A DNA stretch of 64,000 nucleotides from IMG/VR virus record IMGVR_UViG_3300046314_000658; one strand, written 5' to 3'. The stretch is from a virus. Shown here piece after piece: positions 9,790-17,995 of this stretch. A model generated the notes under the pieces. It was given only the letters and a program-made list of their open reading frames with translations, was not told the origin of the DNA and made no database searches. The number at the start of each line of letters is the position of its first letter. Position 1 is the first letter of the stretch. The position numbers and the translations under genes are program-made.

Positions 9790-10434
9790 ACTCATACTGT
9801 TGAAGAAACACTTGGAGAACTTGGCTTAGAAGACGGGAATGGATACTTCAAAAACACATCGAGCGGCTCTGCAGCTGGATTGTACAAGACTCTATTCATG
9901 AACCGTACTGGCATTGTGGTGTTAGATGACTGTGATACGATTGTTGCCACACAAGAAGGTCGCAATCTATTGAAGGCTGCACTAGACACCAAAAAGAAAC
10001 GGAAACTCGTCTGGGCAAAAATGGGTTCTTGGTTGTTTGACCCAGCTGATGAAGAGGAGATGGCAAAGGCACAAGACTCCATCGCGGTTGGTGAAGAACC
10101 AGAGATGTTCCCACGATACTTCGACTTTGAAGGTCGTGTGATTATGATTAGCAACTTACCAGCAGAAACACTTGATCCAGATGGTGCACTAGCCACGCGC
10201 GGATTCATCATCACATTAAATCCAACGAAGGATGAAGTGTTTGCATTCATGCGTAAAATTGCACCGAAAATCCCCGTTGAAGGTCGTCAACTAACTGATG
10301 CTGAGCGTAATGAAGTTGTTGATATGCTTGAGAAGCAATCTGGTACCGCCAATATTCGAAAATTAGTTCGAGGTCTCAATATGTGTGCCAGTGGGACCCC
10401 TAATTGGCAAAGAATTGTCGAGCGTTATTGCTAA
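9352..10434 (+). CDS. 146-aa split-intein IntC plus AAA ATPase C-terminal fragment
   Basis: Block B TSTH, block F VYDIQV, block G GFVHHN|T; then THTVEE, Walker B VVLDDCD, NLLKAALD, IMISN. Own TAAATA at 9320-9325. Confidence 0.88.
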   Translation: MDTTALKLETKSFGELADLIKQHLNITELELNRLYDIRKFEWTVQDHNDTPIPIIGLIRKHSKAIAFEFSDGSEIITSTHHLFATDDRCDVTFAAELAVGDSITKISGEKVTVVSATALPEQDVYDIQVKSHKMLYRDAAGFVHHNTHTVEETLGELGLEDGNGYFKNTSSGSAAGLYKTLFMNRTGIVVLDDCDTIVATQEGRNLLKAALDTKKKRKLVWAKMGSWLFDPADEEEMAKAQDSIAVGEEPEMFPRYFDFEGRVIMISNLPAETLDPDGALATRGFIITLNPTKDEVFAFMRKIAPKIPVEGRQLTDAERNEVVDMLEKQSGTANIRKLVRGLNMCASGTPNWQRIVERYC

Positions 10435-10437
10435 AAT

Positions 10438-10463
10438 AAAGGACCAAATGCTGGTCCTTTTTT
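10438..10463 (+). terminator. Intrinsic terminator
   Basis: AAAGGACCA-aatgc-TGGTCCTTT followed by TTT, right after the stop codon. Confidence 0.8.
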
Positions 10464-10495
10464 GTTGCACTAGTATGCAACTATCATAAATAGAA

Positions 10496-10789
10496 GTGCG
10501 AGCCACGATGTACCACCATCCGCTCGCTCTAATGCTAACAAGGAGCAATCAGCATGACTATTTATACAATATATTTGGTGATGAATGTTGTTATGTAGAT
10601 AGCTCAACAATTGCTACCGACAACATAGTTAAGGGTTCTCGCGCAATTATTACACCGTTAGGAAGAGTTGGCAGTGTTGCTATTGCGTCAAAGGCTGCTA
10701 GCTTAAATCCATCAACAATCAACAGGCGTCTTAACAGTCCTAATTATCCCGATTGGTGTTTTGCTAATGAAGAGTTGATACACACCTAA
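10496..10789 (+). pseudogene. Probable homing endonuclease relic (NUMOD1/HTH-like tail only)
   Basis: IITPLGRVGSVAIASKAASLNPSTINRRLNSPNYPDW resembles endonuclease C-terminal DNA-binding modules; no catalytic domain is visible. Confidence 0.45.
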
Positions 10790-10814
10790 ATATGTCAACA
10801 CATACGCTCAATAT

Positions 10815-11420
10815 ATGAAAGTCACCACTGTTTTATCACTACTAGAAGCAAAGGTAGCACCACTGTATCACGGTACAACTGCTGACAGTGCTGAAAAAAT
10901 ACTAGCAACCAACAACCTTACAGCTAGGGCTGAGATTGAACCAAATGCACTCAGGTACATGCGCGGTGCTCGAACTGGTGATAAGTCAGTTAGTTTTAGC
11001 AGAAGCATTAGTGCTGCGCGAGCATTCGCATCAGGAGCGCCACGCAGAACCGGAATTTCCGGTGTTGTATTTGTGATTGATCAAGCTCTACTAAGCAGAG
11101 ACATTGGAAGACGACTCAACCCATATAATGACCTAACTGCATCTAGTAGTACTGCATCCAGAGGAGCAGGTTCGACAGAATATGAGGAGACTGTGGTTGG
11201 CGATGTGCGGAATTTTAACAAATATGTTAGTAAAATTATCGTGTTTGTGCACCCGCAATATAAAGATATGTTAGATCCTGAAATGTTCCCAACACTACTG
11301 AATAACCCAAAAACAATCCTAACAACAAATACTACCATCAAAGACTTGCCAAATGTGTATGATAGATTCGCATCAGCAAAGGAATTGGAATTCCAACAGC
11401 AGCATGACACTGCTAAATAA
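10815..11420 (+). CDS. ADP-ribosyltransferase-fold protein
   Basis: LYHGT, SVSFSR..AxxFA, GVVFVID, EYEE; TAAATA at 10787-10792. Confidence 0.65.
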   Translation: MKVTTVLSLLEAKVAPLYHGTTADSAEKILATNNLTARAEIEPNALRYMRGARTGDKSVSFSRSISAARAFASGAPRRTGISGVVFVIDQALLSRDIGRRLNPYNDLTASSSTASRGAGSTEYEETVVGDVRNFNKYVSKIIVFVHPQYKDMLDPEMFPTLLNNPKTILTTNTTIKDLPNVYDRFASAKELEFQQQHDTAK

Positions 11421-11438
11421 ATCATCAATGGACTTTAT

Positions 11439-13064
11439 ATGCTAGTAAATTTTAGGCACGGTATAGTATCTGCCACGCAAAATGCAACACAACAACCTCG
11501 ATTCTTGCAAATGCAAGGTCAGGTGGTTAAAATAATTGCAACCAACACTCCAGTTGTATTGACAATTGCACACAGGCAATCAAACTACCTAGTTACAATC
11601 GAGCAAGATGTTGATACAGCTTGGGTGGGTGTTAGTGCAGCACTAACTTATCTATATGTAGATATTAACCTAAAGACGGGTGTAGTATCGTACGGGCACA
11701 CAACAACTCCACCTTTGATACAATCAACACTACCAACTAATGCAATTAACGGTCAACACTGGTTTGATCCGAGTATCGACACAATGCGCATCAGAGGGAT
11801 TGGTGCATGGCAAGAGTGTGCTAGATTGTTCGTTGGGACAGTCGTGGGTGGAATTGCAACCTGCTCTCCATTTGGTTCTCAAATCGGAAAAACCGGTAAC
11901 TTTCCAACTGGGAAACTTGCGTTTGATGGTAGTGGAAAGCCAATTTCAAAAAGCACGGGAGAGTTTTGGACAACGGATGATGTGTTTTATGTAAACGGCA
12001 CAATATCTGCACCATATGCATTTGGCACGCAACTACAAGTCGCGTCAACAGCAGAAGTAGTAACTCCAATGTCAGTGGTAGCGTATAGTGGCAATACATT
12101 CAACACAGTGCGACTAGCACAACCTAGCGATACTGGATACGCAACACTTGCTATAGCAATGGCCGGCGTTAGCGCAGGTGAAAAAGTTAGTGTCGTGTGC
12201 AACGGAGTCATTGTTAACCCAGCGTGGGCGTTTGTAAATCCGAATAGCTTAGTTTGGGTAGGCCAAAATGGAGTAATATCAACCACTCCCGACCCTGTTA
12301 ACACATCTCAGCCGATTGGGCGTGTAATAGATGCAAACACTATCGTATTTAACCCTCCGATTAGTGTTAGTGCTGGTACAGGTAGCGGTAGTGGACAGAT
12401 GGGACCAAGAGGACCAGAAGGTGCACAAGGGCCTGCCGGAGCTACTGGATTACCAGGGGCGCAAGGTCCTGCCGGTCCTGCAGGAGCAGATTCTACAGTA
12501 GCAGGTCCTGTGGGACCAACCGGCGCCAATGGTACTGGTGGAGTACGGCGGCAAATCATGTATGTAACGTCAGGGTTGGTCGGGTTCGGATCGATAACAA
12601 CTAGTTGGCCAGAAGTTGATGAATTGTATACTCCTGCTGATAGATTAGTTACATACGACGCATATAGTGGTATGTTTACCTTTTTAAAGGCAGGGTCGTG
12701 GAAAATTACTATGGCAGTTAACTACGGATTTCCGGTTGGTGGAAATCTTCCAATGGGAGCATCTACGTATATTAGCAGGATTGACTACGTTAGTGGCGGC
12801 GCTTACTGGCGGCGCAATGAACATCGGTGTCGATTGATGCTCGACAACACTGCATATTTAAGTAGTGACGTATTAATTGGAGGAATAGATGGGTATGCAG
12901 ACTTCTTTGTCAAAGAGGTTGGGGAAAATTCTCAGTTCCTAATCGAGATGAGGTCTGAAACTGACGTCAATTCAACCACATACAGTAGCAATCCAGTTGG
13001 GTTAACATACTCTGCGCTTGTTGCTTTCGAACTCGTCGATGAATACGCCCCAAACAACGTATAA
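11439..13064 (+). CDS. Virion fibre/structural protein with collagen-like Gly-X-Y repeats
   Basis: [28 protein letters not shown] at about 12400-12540; GQHWFD motif shared with the tail proteins. Confidence 0.75.
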   Translation: MLVNFRHGIVSATQNATQQPRFLQMQGQVVKIIATNTPVVLTIAHRQSNYLVTIEQDVDTAWVGVSAALTYLYVDINLKTGVVSYGHTTTPPLIQSTLPTNAINGQHWFDPSIDTMRIRGIGAWQECARLFVGTVVGGIATCSPFGSQIGKTGNFPTGKLAFDGSGKPISKSTGEFWTTDDVFYVNGTISAPYAFGTQLQVASTAEVVTPMSVVAYSGNTFNTVRLAQPSDTGYATLAIAMAGVSAGEKVSVVCNGVIVNPAWAFVNPNSLVWVGQNGVISTTPDPVNTSQPIGRVIDANTIVFNPPISVSAGTGSGSGQMGPRGPEGAQGPAGATGLPGAQGPAGPAGADSTVAGPVGPTGANGTGGVRRQIMYVTSGLVGFGSITTSWPEVDELYTPADRLVTYDAYSGMFTFLKAGSWKITMAVNYGFPVGGNLPMGASTYISRIDYVSGGAYWRRNEHRCRLMLDNTAYLSSDVLIGGIDGYADFFVKEVGENSQFLIEMRSETDVNSTTYSSNPVGLTYSALVAFELVDEYAPNNV

Positions 13065-13725
13065 TTTAACAGTTGTTACTCACACTAGACTGCATAATCC
13101 GTATCCTAATTTATTGGAGCGGTGTAAGCAGTCTGTTGCAATAGCATTACCACCAAACTCACAGCATCTAATATTAGTCAACAACCCAACAGATGGTGTG
13201 AAGTTTTCAGAGTTCTTTGCGCACTTACGGTATAGTGCCCTACAATACAGTCGGTATATCGCGTTTGTAGATGATGATGATTACATTCATCCCGACTCAT
13301 TAACACTGTGTATGGATGCACTATCACAAACTGGAGCAGGTGCTGCCGTGACAAACGAAGTTATGGTAGATGTTGACGGAAAGCATCTGTCAGCAAACCG
13401 ATATCCTCGGTACTACTGTGGCGTGGGGATGCACCCACGGAACATCCACCACTTAACGGTGTTCAAAAGAGACTTTGTGCAACCAGTTGCGTTAGAGTTA
13501 GCGCTACAGTTTGGCGCTGGTATTGAATGGACGATGAAGGCGTCAGCTTGTCTGACTGGTGGGGCTGTTCACGTTCCGATTGATGGATATTACTGGACAC
13601 AACACGAGAGCAGACCAGGAGCACAACCAAACCTTCGTCAGCAACACGCAAATAAAATTTTACCACTCGGAAACGCTATTAAAAATGCATTCCCGAGTAG
13701 ATTTGGACGAATTCCAACTGTTTAA
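13039..13725 (+). CDS. Glycosyltransferase, family 2 (GT-A fold)
   Basis: LTVVTHT, CKQSV, YIAFVDDDDYI; probable ATG at 13039 overlaps the fibre gene end. Confidence 0.75.
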   Translation: MNTPQTTYNLTVVTHTRLHNPYPNLLERCKQSVAIALPPNSQHLILVNNPTDGVKFSEFFAHLRYSALQYSRYIAFVDDDDYIHPDSLTLCMDALSQTGAGAAVTNEVMVDVDGKHLSANRYPRYYCGVGMHPRNIHHLTVFKRDFVQPVALELALQFGAGIEWTMKASACLTGGAVHVPIDGYYWTQHESRPGAQPNLRQQHANKILPLGNAIKNAFPSRFGRIPTV

Positions 13726-14237
13726 ATCGGCTTGGTAAAATAGGCGTGCGCTTCTAGATCACTATTTGGTACACCAAATATCCTCAGTGCTTCGCACAAA
13801 TTTACCAATGTAAACCCCGTTGCACCCGACGTATTCACAAAGTGTGGTAACTGATGGGGAAGCATGTCACTATCATCATCGATAATAACATAGTTAGAAA
13901 CCTCAGGATGAGCATTCAGCCAGTCCTCAATTTCATCACCACGTACAGTACCAATTCCACCTCGTCCAGTTTTTCCAGTAAATGGAGCATCTACCCAACC
14001 ATATGATGTGAAGATATCTACGAACTCTTGCAGCGAGTAGTTCATTCTCCAAGTGCTTGATACGACGATTTTTGCATCAGTTGCATCAATGAGGTACTTT
14101 AGCAATCCAATGGCGACAGGGTCAAGACGGTCGGCCTCGCTGTAAATCGTTTTTGATGGACCACGTAGGTGGTGGTACGCAACCATCGATGAGACGGAGT
14201 TTAGTACACCGTCTATGTCCAACACAACGCAGTTCAT
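13722..14237 (-). CDS. HAD phosphatase (Swiss-Army-knife RNA-repair type)
   Basis: LDIDGVLN, IVVSSTWR, RGDEI, YVIIDDD. Confidence 0.8.
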   Translation of the reverse strand: MNCVVLDIDGVLNSVSSMVAYHHLRGPSKTIYSEADRLDPVAIGLLKYLIDATDAKIVVSSTWRMNYSLQEFVDIFTSYGWVDAPFTGKTGRGGIGTVRGDEIEDWLNAHPEVSNYVIIDDDSDMLPHQLPHFVNTSGATGFTLVNLCEALRIFGVPNSDLEAHAYFTKPI

Positions 14238-14815
14238 TTTCCTGCTTTCAACATGCGCTTCACATTATAAAGGTATGTGGCGGCACCGTTTGGAGTCAGT
14301 TTCAACTGCTCAATAAACATTGCTTGAAGCTCGCGCGAGGTTGCAGTTGGGTTAGCTTTCACGATATCAATAGCACGAGCTTGCTTTGACACTGGACGTG
14401 TATACTCTTCTTTGTGCTTCGCAACCATCGCTTTAACTTCATCACGACTCCCCATTTTCCACTCAATGCGTTTACCCACTGGTACGCGAGATGAGAACAC
14501 GTCGAAATAACTTTCAGTACCCTTTTGAGCAGTACGAATTGCTTGTTGCAATGCAATGTCGTCAGTTTTTGCGTACTGAGTTACAGCATCCCGCACGAAG
14601 TTGATAAAATACATTTTTGCTTGTAGCTCGAATCCTGTGCGAGTAAGGTCACCAGTGATTTCAAACAACGCGCGTTCGTAACCAGCTTGGTCTGTTTCAA
14701 AATCTTCAGCAGCAGTTACAGCACGTGTCACGTTATTGACGTCAATACCTTTATCACGCATTTTCTGAATTACGTTGAACAAATTAGCGTTGGTTTGAGT
14801 TGCTGCTGTAGTCAT
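14234..14815 (-). CDS. Hypothetical early protein with C-terminal helical (HTH-like) domain
   Basis: 193-aa ORF with SD AAGGA and an upstream TTGTCA-16-GATAAT. Confidence 0.7.
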   Translation of the reverse strand: MTTAATQTNANLFNVIQKMRDKGIDVNNVTRAVTAAEDFETDQAGYERALFEITGDLTRTGFELQAKMYFINFVRDAVTQYAKTDDIALQQAIRTAQKGTESYFDVFSSRVPVGKRIEWKMGSRDEVKAMVAKHKEEYTRPVSKQARAIDIVKANPTATSRELQAMFIEQLKLTPNGAATYLYNVKRMLKAGK

Positions 14816-14901
14816 ATTTTCCTTAATTATCTCAGTTGCGATAGGGTCTATTATCCTCTGTTTTTACAGATTGACAACAGTTTTTAGATTTATTTTCAAA
14901 T

Positions 14902-15720
14902 TTACTTAAACGCAACGCGTTGCACTACAGTTTGCTTCGTACCATTGTAACTGGTGTGGTCTTTCACAGTGAAAGCAGCAGTAGCAAACTCTTCGAATGG
15001 AGTTTCGTGACGACTTGTCCACCAGGTTAGTTGATTACCAGTAGAATCTTCCAGTGTAACCAACACGCGTGGGGTATTGGGATACGCAAAAGTGTTCCAA
15101 CCCACCTGCAAGCTACGCAGCACGCGCACTTTAGCAGCTTTCACACGCTCACCCACAGTACCGATATGTTTGCTATTAGCAGCAGCTTCAACTTGACGGC
15201 GTTGCACAACGAGTGCATTTTCAGTCGACTCGACTTGGCGAGCAGTGAGTGAACCCCACTGATTTAATTGCTGCTGCATAGACGACAGAAAACTATTCAC
15301 ACCAGCGTAGTCAGTTAGTGCTGCGACCAGTGCAGCGTGCTCATTCTTCCAAGCGGCGGCAAATTCTGCACGCTCCGCTTGACGAGCTTGGCGTTCAGCT
15401 TCCCACGCAGCTTGGCGAGTTGCACGACGTTCTGTTGCTTTTACAGCACGACGATCGCGAGCGTGTTGTAGACGAACTTTACGAAAGTCTTCAACCTGTT
15501 GACCAGTTTTCTCAACACAGTCGCATCCGACCACAAATGTCTTGTCGTTCTTGTCTTTAATTACATACTCATACAAAATACCCGTACCGCAGTAGTTGCA
15601 AGAACCACCAGGCTTGCGACCAAAACCTGGCATCTCAAACCAGTTTTCGCGGCAACCAACACACCGAAAGGGAGCATAACCGAGACCAGCTTTTTCAAAT
15701 GGGTGTGTGAATGTAGTCAT
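14902..15720 (-). CDS. Hypothetical early protein (Zn-finger N-terminus, OB-like C-terminus)
   Basis: CNYCG...VGCDC motifs; SD AAAGGA. Confidence 0.7.
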   Translation of the reverse strand: MTTFTHPFEKAGLGYAPFRCVGCRENWFEMPGFGRKPGGSCNYCGTGILYEYVIKDKNDKTFVVGCDCVEKTGQQVEDFRKVRLQHARDRRAVKATERRATRQAAWEAERQARQAERAEFAAAWKNEHAALVAALTDYAGVNSFLSSMQQQLNQWGSLTARQVESTENALVVQRRQVEAAANSKHIGTVGERVKAAKVRVLRSLQVGWNTFAYPNTPRVLVTLEDSTGNQLTWWTSRHETPFEEFATAAFTVKDHTSYNGTKQTVVQRVAFK

Positions 15721-15745
15721 TTCGGTTCCTTTGGTTGTTGAGATA

Positions 15746-15774
15746 ATTATCTACCCTAATTAAATAAATGTCAA
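15746..15774 (-). promoter_or_regulatory. Sigma70-type early promoter
   Basis: TTGACA-17 nt-GATAAT upstream of the start at 15720. Confidence 0.75.
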
Positions 15775-15778
15775 CAGG

Positions 15779-16351
15779 TTAACGCTTACCAGTGAAGATG
15801 CTCACGTAATATTGCGCATTTGCAACTGTAATGTTCCATTCTTCTGCAATTCTCTTCGCAATTTGGTAGGGAGTGTGGGTACCATATGCATTCAATCGAT
15901 CGAAAGTCGCGCGAGCATTAGCACGCTTGGTTGCAGCAGATGTAGTGTTTACAGGCTTCTCATCGATTGGAGTAGGAGCAGATGCAACAGAATCAGTCCA
16001 GTAGAACGTGATCCGCGATTTCCCACCAACTTTCCAAGAATCATGCAGGACTCCATTGATGATAGCAAATGCGTGACCACGCTTCAGACCATACACCTTT
16101 CCAGTGGGATTGGCAGCAATTAATTGGTTCAGCGTCATCCCGGCACCGTCTTTACGAGAATTGCGACCAATTAGATCATAGATTATGTGATTCTTAGTCC
16201 CGCGACCGTCGCGTCGACCAAGCTTCTTGAAAATGCAATGAGCTTCGTTATATGGGATGTCTTTGAACAGTGCATATGCACGCACTGCACAGTCGTTATG
16301 CTCTGCAAAACCTGAACTACGCATTCCACCATCAGTCTTAACGAATTGCAT
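15779..16351 (-). CDS. Hypothetical early protein (NDCAVRA...H..A...G..HD motif, possibly papain-like)
   Basis: Start MQFVKTDGG at 16351 with GGAG SD; Cys/His/Asp arrangement. Confidence 0.65.
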   Translation of the reverse strand: MQFVKTDGGMRSSGFAEHNDCAVRAYALFKDIPYNEAHCIFKKLGRRDGRGTKNHIIYDLIGRNSRKDGAGMTLNQLIAANPTGKVYGLKRGHAFAIINGVLHDSWKVGGKSRITFYWTDSVASAPTPIDEKPVNTTSAATKRANARATFDRLNAYGTHTPYQIAKRIAEEWNITVANAQYYVSIFTGKR

Positions 16352-16385
16352 ATTAACTCCGTCTGTACAATTAAACAATGTGTGT

Positions 16386-16413
16386 ATTATACAATCGTTT
16401 ATAGAAAAGTCAA
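16386..16413 (-). promoter_or_regulatory. Sigma70-type early promoter
   Basis: TTGACT-16 nt-TATAAT. Confidence 0.7.
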
Positions 16414-16418
16414 CGGAC

Positions 16419-16444
16419 AAATAAAAACCCGGACTATGCCGGGT
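16419..16444 (-). terminator. Intrinsic terminator
   Basis: ACCCGG-catagt-CCGGGT followed by TTTTATTT on the minus strand. Confidence 0.75.
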
Positions 16445-16451
16445 GATTGTG

Positions 16452-16736
16452 TTAGGTGATTAGCCTGATGTAAGCTACTGTATCAATGCTGACCAGTAGC
16501 GCGTAGTTACCGACCATCCCAAAGCTACGTCGCGTCCATGCTGCCCAACCAAACACAACACACTGAGATATGAACAGTGGATACAGGATGATGAACGGTG
16601 GATTAGGAATCGTTAGTGCCATTGTGACAGCGCACCCAATACTAGTGGCCCAAGCCAACACTTCCATGATAAACCGAGTGGGTCGATCCTGAAAGTCTTG
16701 CCTCGCCCAAGCAAATATGCCAAGGACTATGTCCAT
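16452..16736 (-). CDS. Small membrane protein
   Basis: 94 aa with three hydrophobic segments. Confidence 0.7.
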   Translation of the reverse strand: MDIVLGIFAWARQDFQDRPTRFIMEVLAWATSIGCAVTMALTIPNPPFIILYPLFISQCVVFGWAAWTRRSFGMVGNYALLVSIDTVAYIRLIT

Positions 16737-16741
16737 CTGTA

Positions 16742-17974
16742 TTATAGTCCAGCCAGACGTTCTAATGTCGCACGGTCAGTCAGGTCAGTCAATGCTAACA
16801 AACGCTTGATGCCAGTAGCCTTATCACGGAAGTGGTCAATCTGGTGGATACCCATTTGGTTCCAGATCGCAGTAAGTTGTGCGTTCGAGAGTGAAGCAAG
16901 GTGAGCAGTCAATACCGAGACAGATAGTTTACCAATTGTAGGCACCATGTCAACTAAGTCGTTAGTAATCGAGACTGGTGTAGGTGCAATTGGAACAGGT
17001 TGAGTTATTGATTGAGATCCTGGACCAGTGACAACTGGATAAGGCCACACAGCACTGGGGATCACGGGAGTACGAGCGGCAGCAGCGTCGACAGCAGTGT
17101 ATGGTTGTGTATGCATAGACGGTGTCAGCACCGATTTGACCGAGTCGTTGACTTCGATAGTGCGGTAGGCACTTGCAGCCACAATAGACGGACCTTGTGA
17201 CAGTATCGGACCAGTCTTTGCTTCTAACGTGATCTCGCTCAACACTTCATACTTACAGGTGCGACCCTTTGTGTCGTTGTAGTCAGTGGGGATTGATACG
17301 ACATCCGCTGGGTTAATTTTCAACACAACCACGCGGTCGGTACTGCTATCTTTTGACCTGAATTGGTCCAAATACGCATATGAACAAAAGTGTAAGCCAG
17401 TGGAGCATGTTTCTGTGTCTTTGTCGTTGACCAGTACACGAGGCATTTCCAGGATCTTGCCAACACTATTATCCATTGTACCAGAATGGATATCCTTCCA
17501 GTCGCCACGGACCTTTTTATAGGCAAGAAAGTAACCATCGTCAGTCAAAGGCATATTACCAACCTCGAGGAAGCGGTACAGACGCTCTGCAATCGAGCTG
17601 CGAGGATTCTGGTACAGATTTTCCAAAAATGCGAGGAACTTCAACAAAGGCTTTGGTGCACCAGTGCGGTGAAGTTCAAGAGCTTTTGTAGCGACGTATC
17701 CACTCAGCGGATACCCACGATACTTCAACGTACCTGAGGCTACATCAAACGTGACGTCATGCTTACCACGAGAGGTGACCTCAGGTTCAGTGCGCTGGGC
17801 ACCCAAACTTTTAACAAGATCGATGAGATTCATAAATTCATCTGGATTATCGTCGCCGTTTTCCAACTTGGAGATAATTTTCTTGAAATTGATGTGGTCA
17901 GAGGCAACAGTGATACCACGACCTTTGATAAACAGTGTTACCGAATCTGACTTGGCAATGTACGGAATAGACAT
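16742..17974 (-). CDS. rIIB: rIIB-like protein
   Basis: FLENLYQNP, LTDDGYFLAYKKV, TCSTGLHFC, VVLKINPADVVSIPTDY..KGRTCKY. Confidence 0.9.
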   Translation of the reverse strand: MSIPYIAKSDSVTLFIKGRGITVASDHINFKKIISKLENGDDNPDEFMNLIDLVKSLGAQRTEPEVTSRGKHDVTFDVASGTLKYRGYPLSGYVATKALELHRTGAPKPLLKFLAFLENLYQNPRSSIAERLYRFLEVGNMPLTDDGYFLAYKKVRGDWKDIHSGTMDNSVGKILEMPRVLVNDKDTETCSTGLHFCSYAYLDQFRSKDSSTDRVVVLKINPADVVSIPTDYNDTKGRTCKYEVLSEITLEAKTGPILSQGPSIVAASAYRTIEVNDSVKSVLTPSMHTQPYTAVDAAAARTPVIPSAVWPYPVVTGPGSQSITQPVPIAPTPVSITNDLVDMVPTIGKLSVSVLTAHLASLSNAQLTAIWNQMGIHQIDHFRDKATGIKRLLALTDLTDRATLERLAGL

Positions 17975-17995
17975 GAGGGTTCCTTTTAAAAGATT

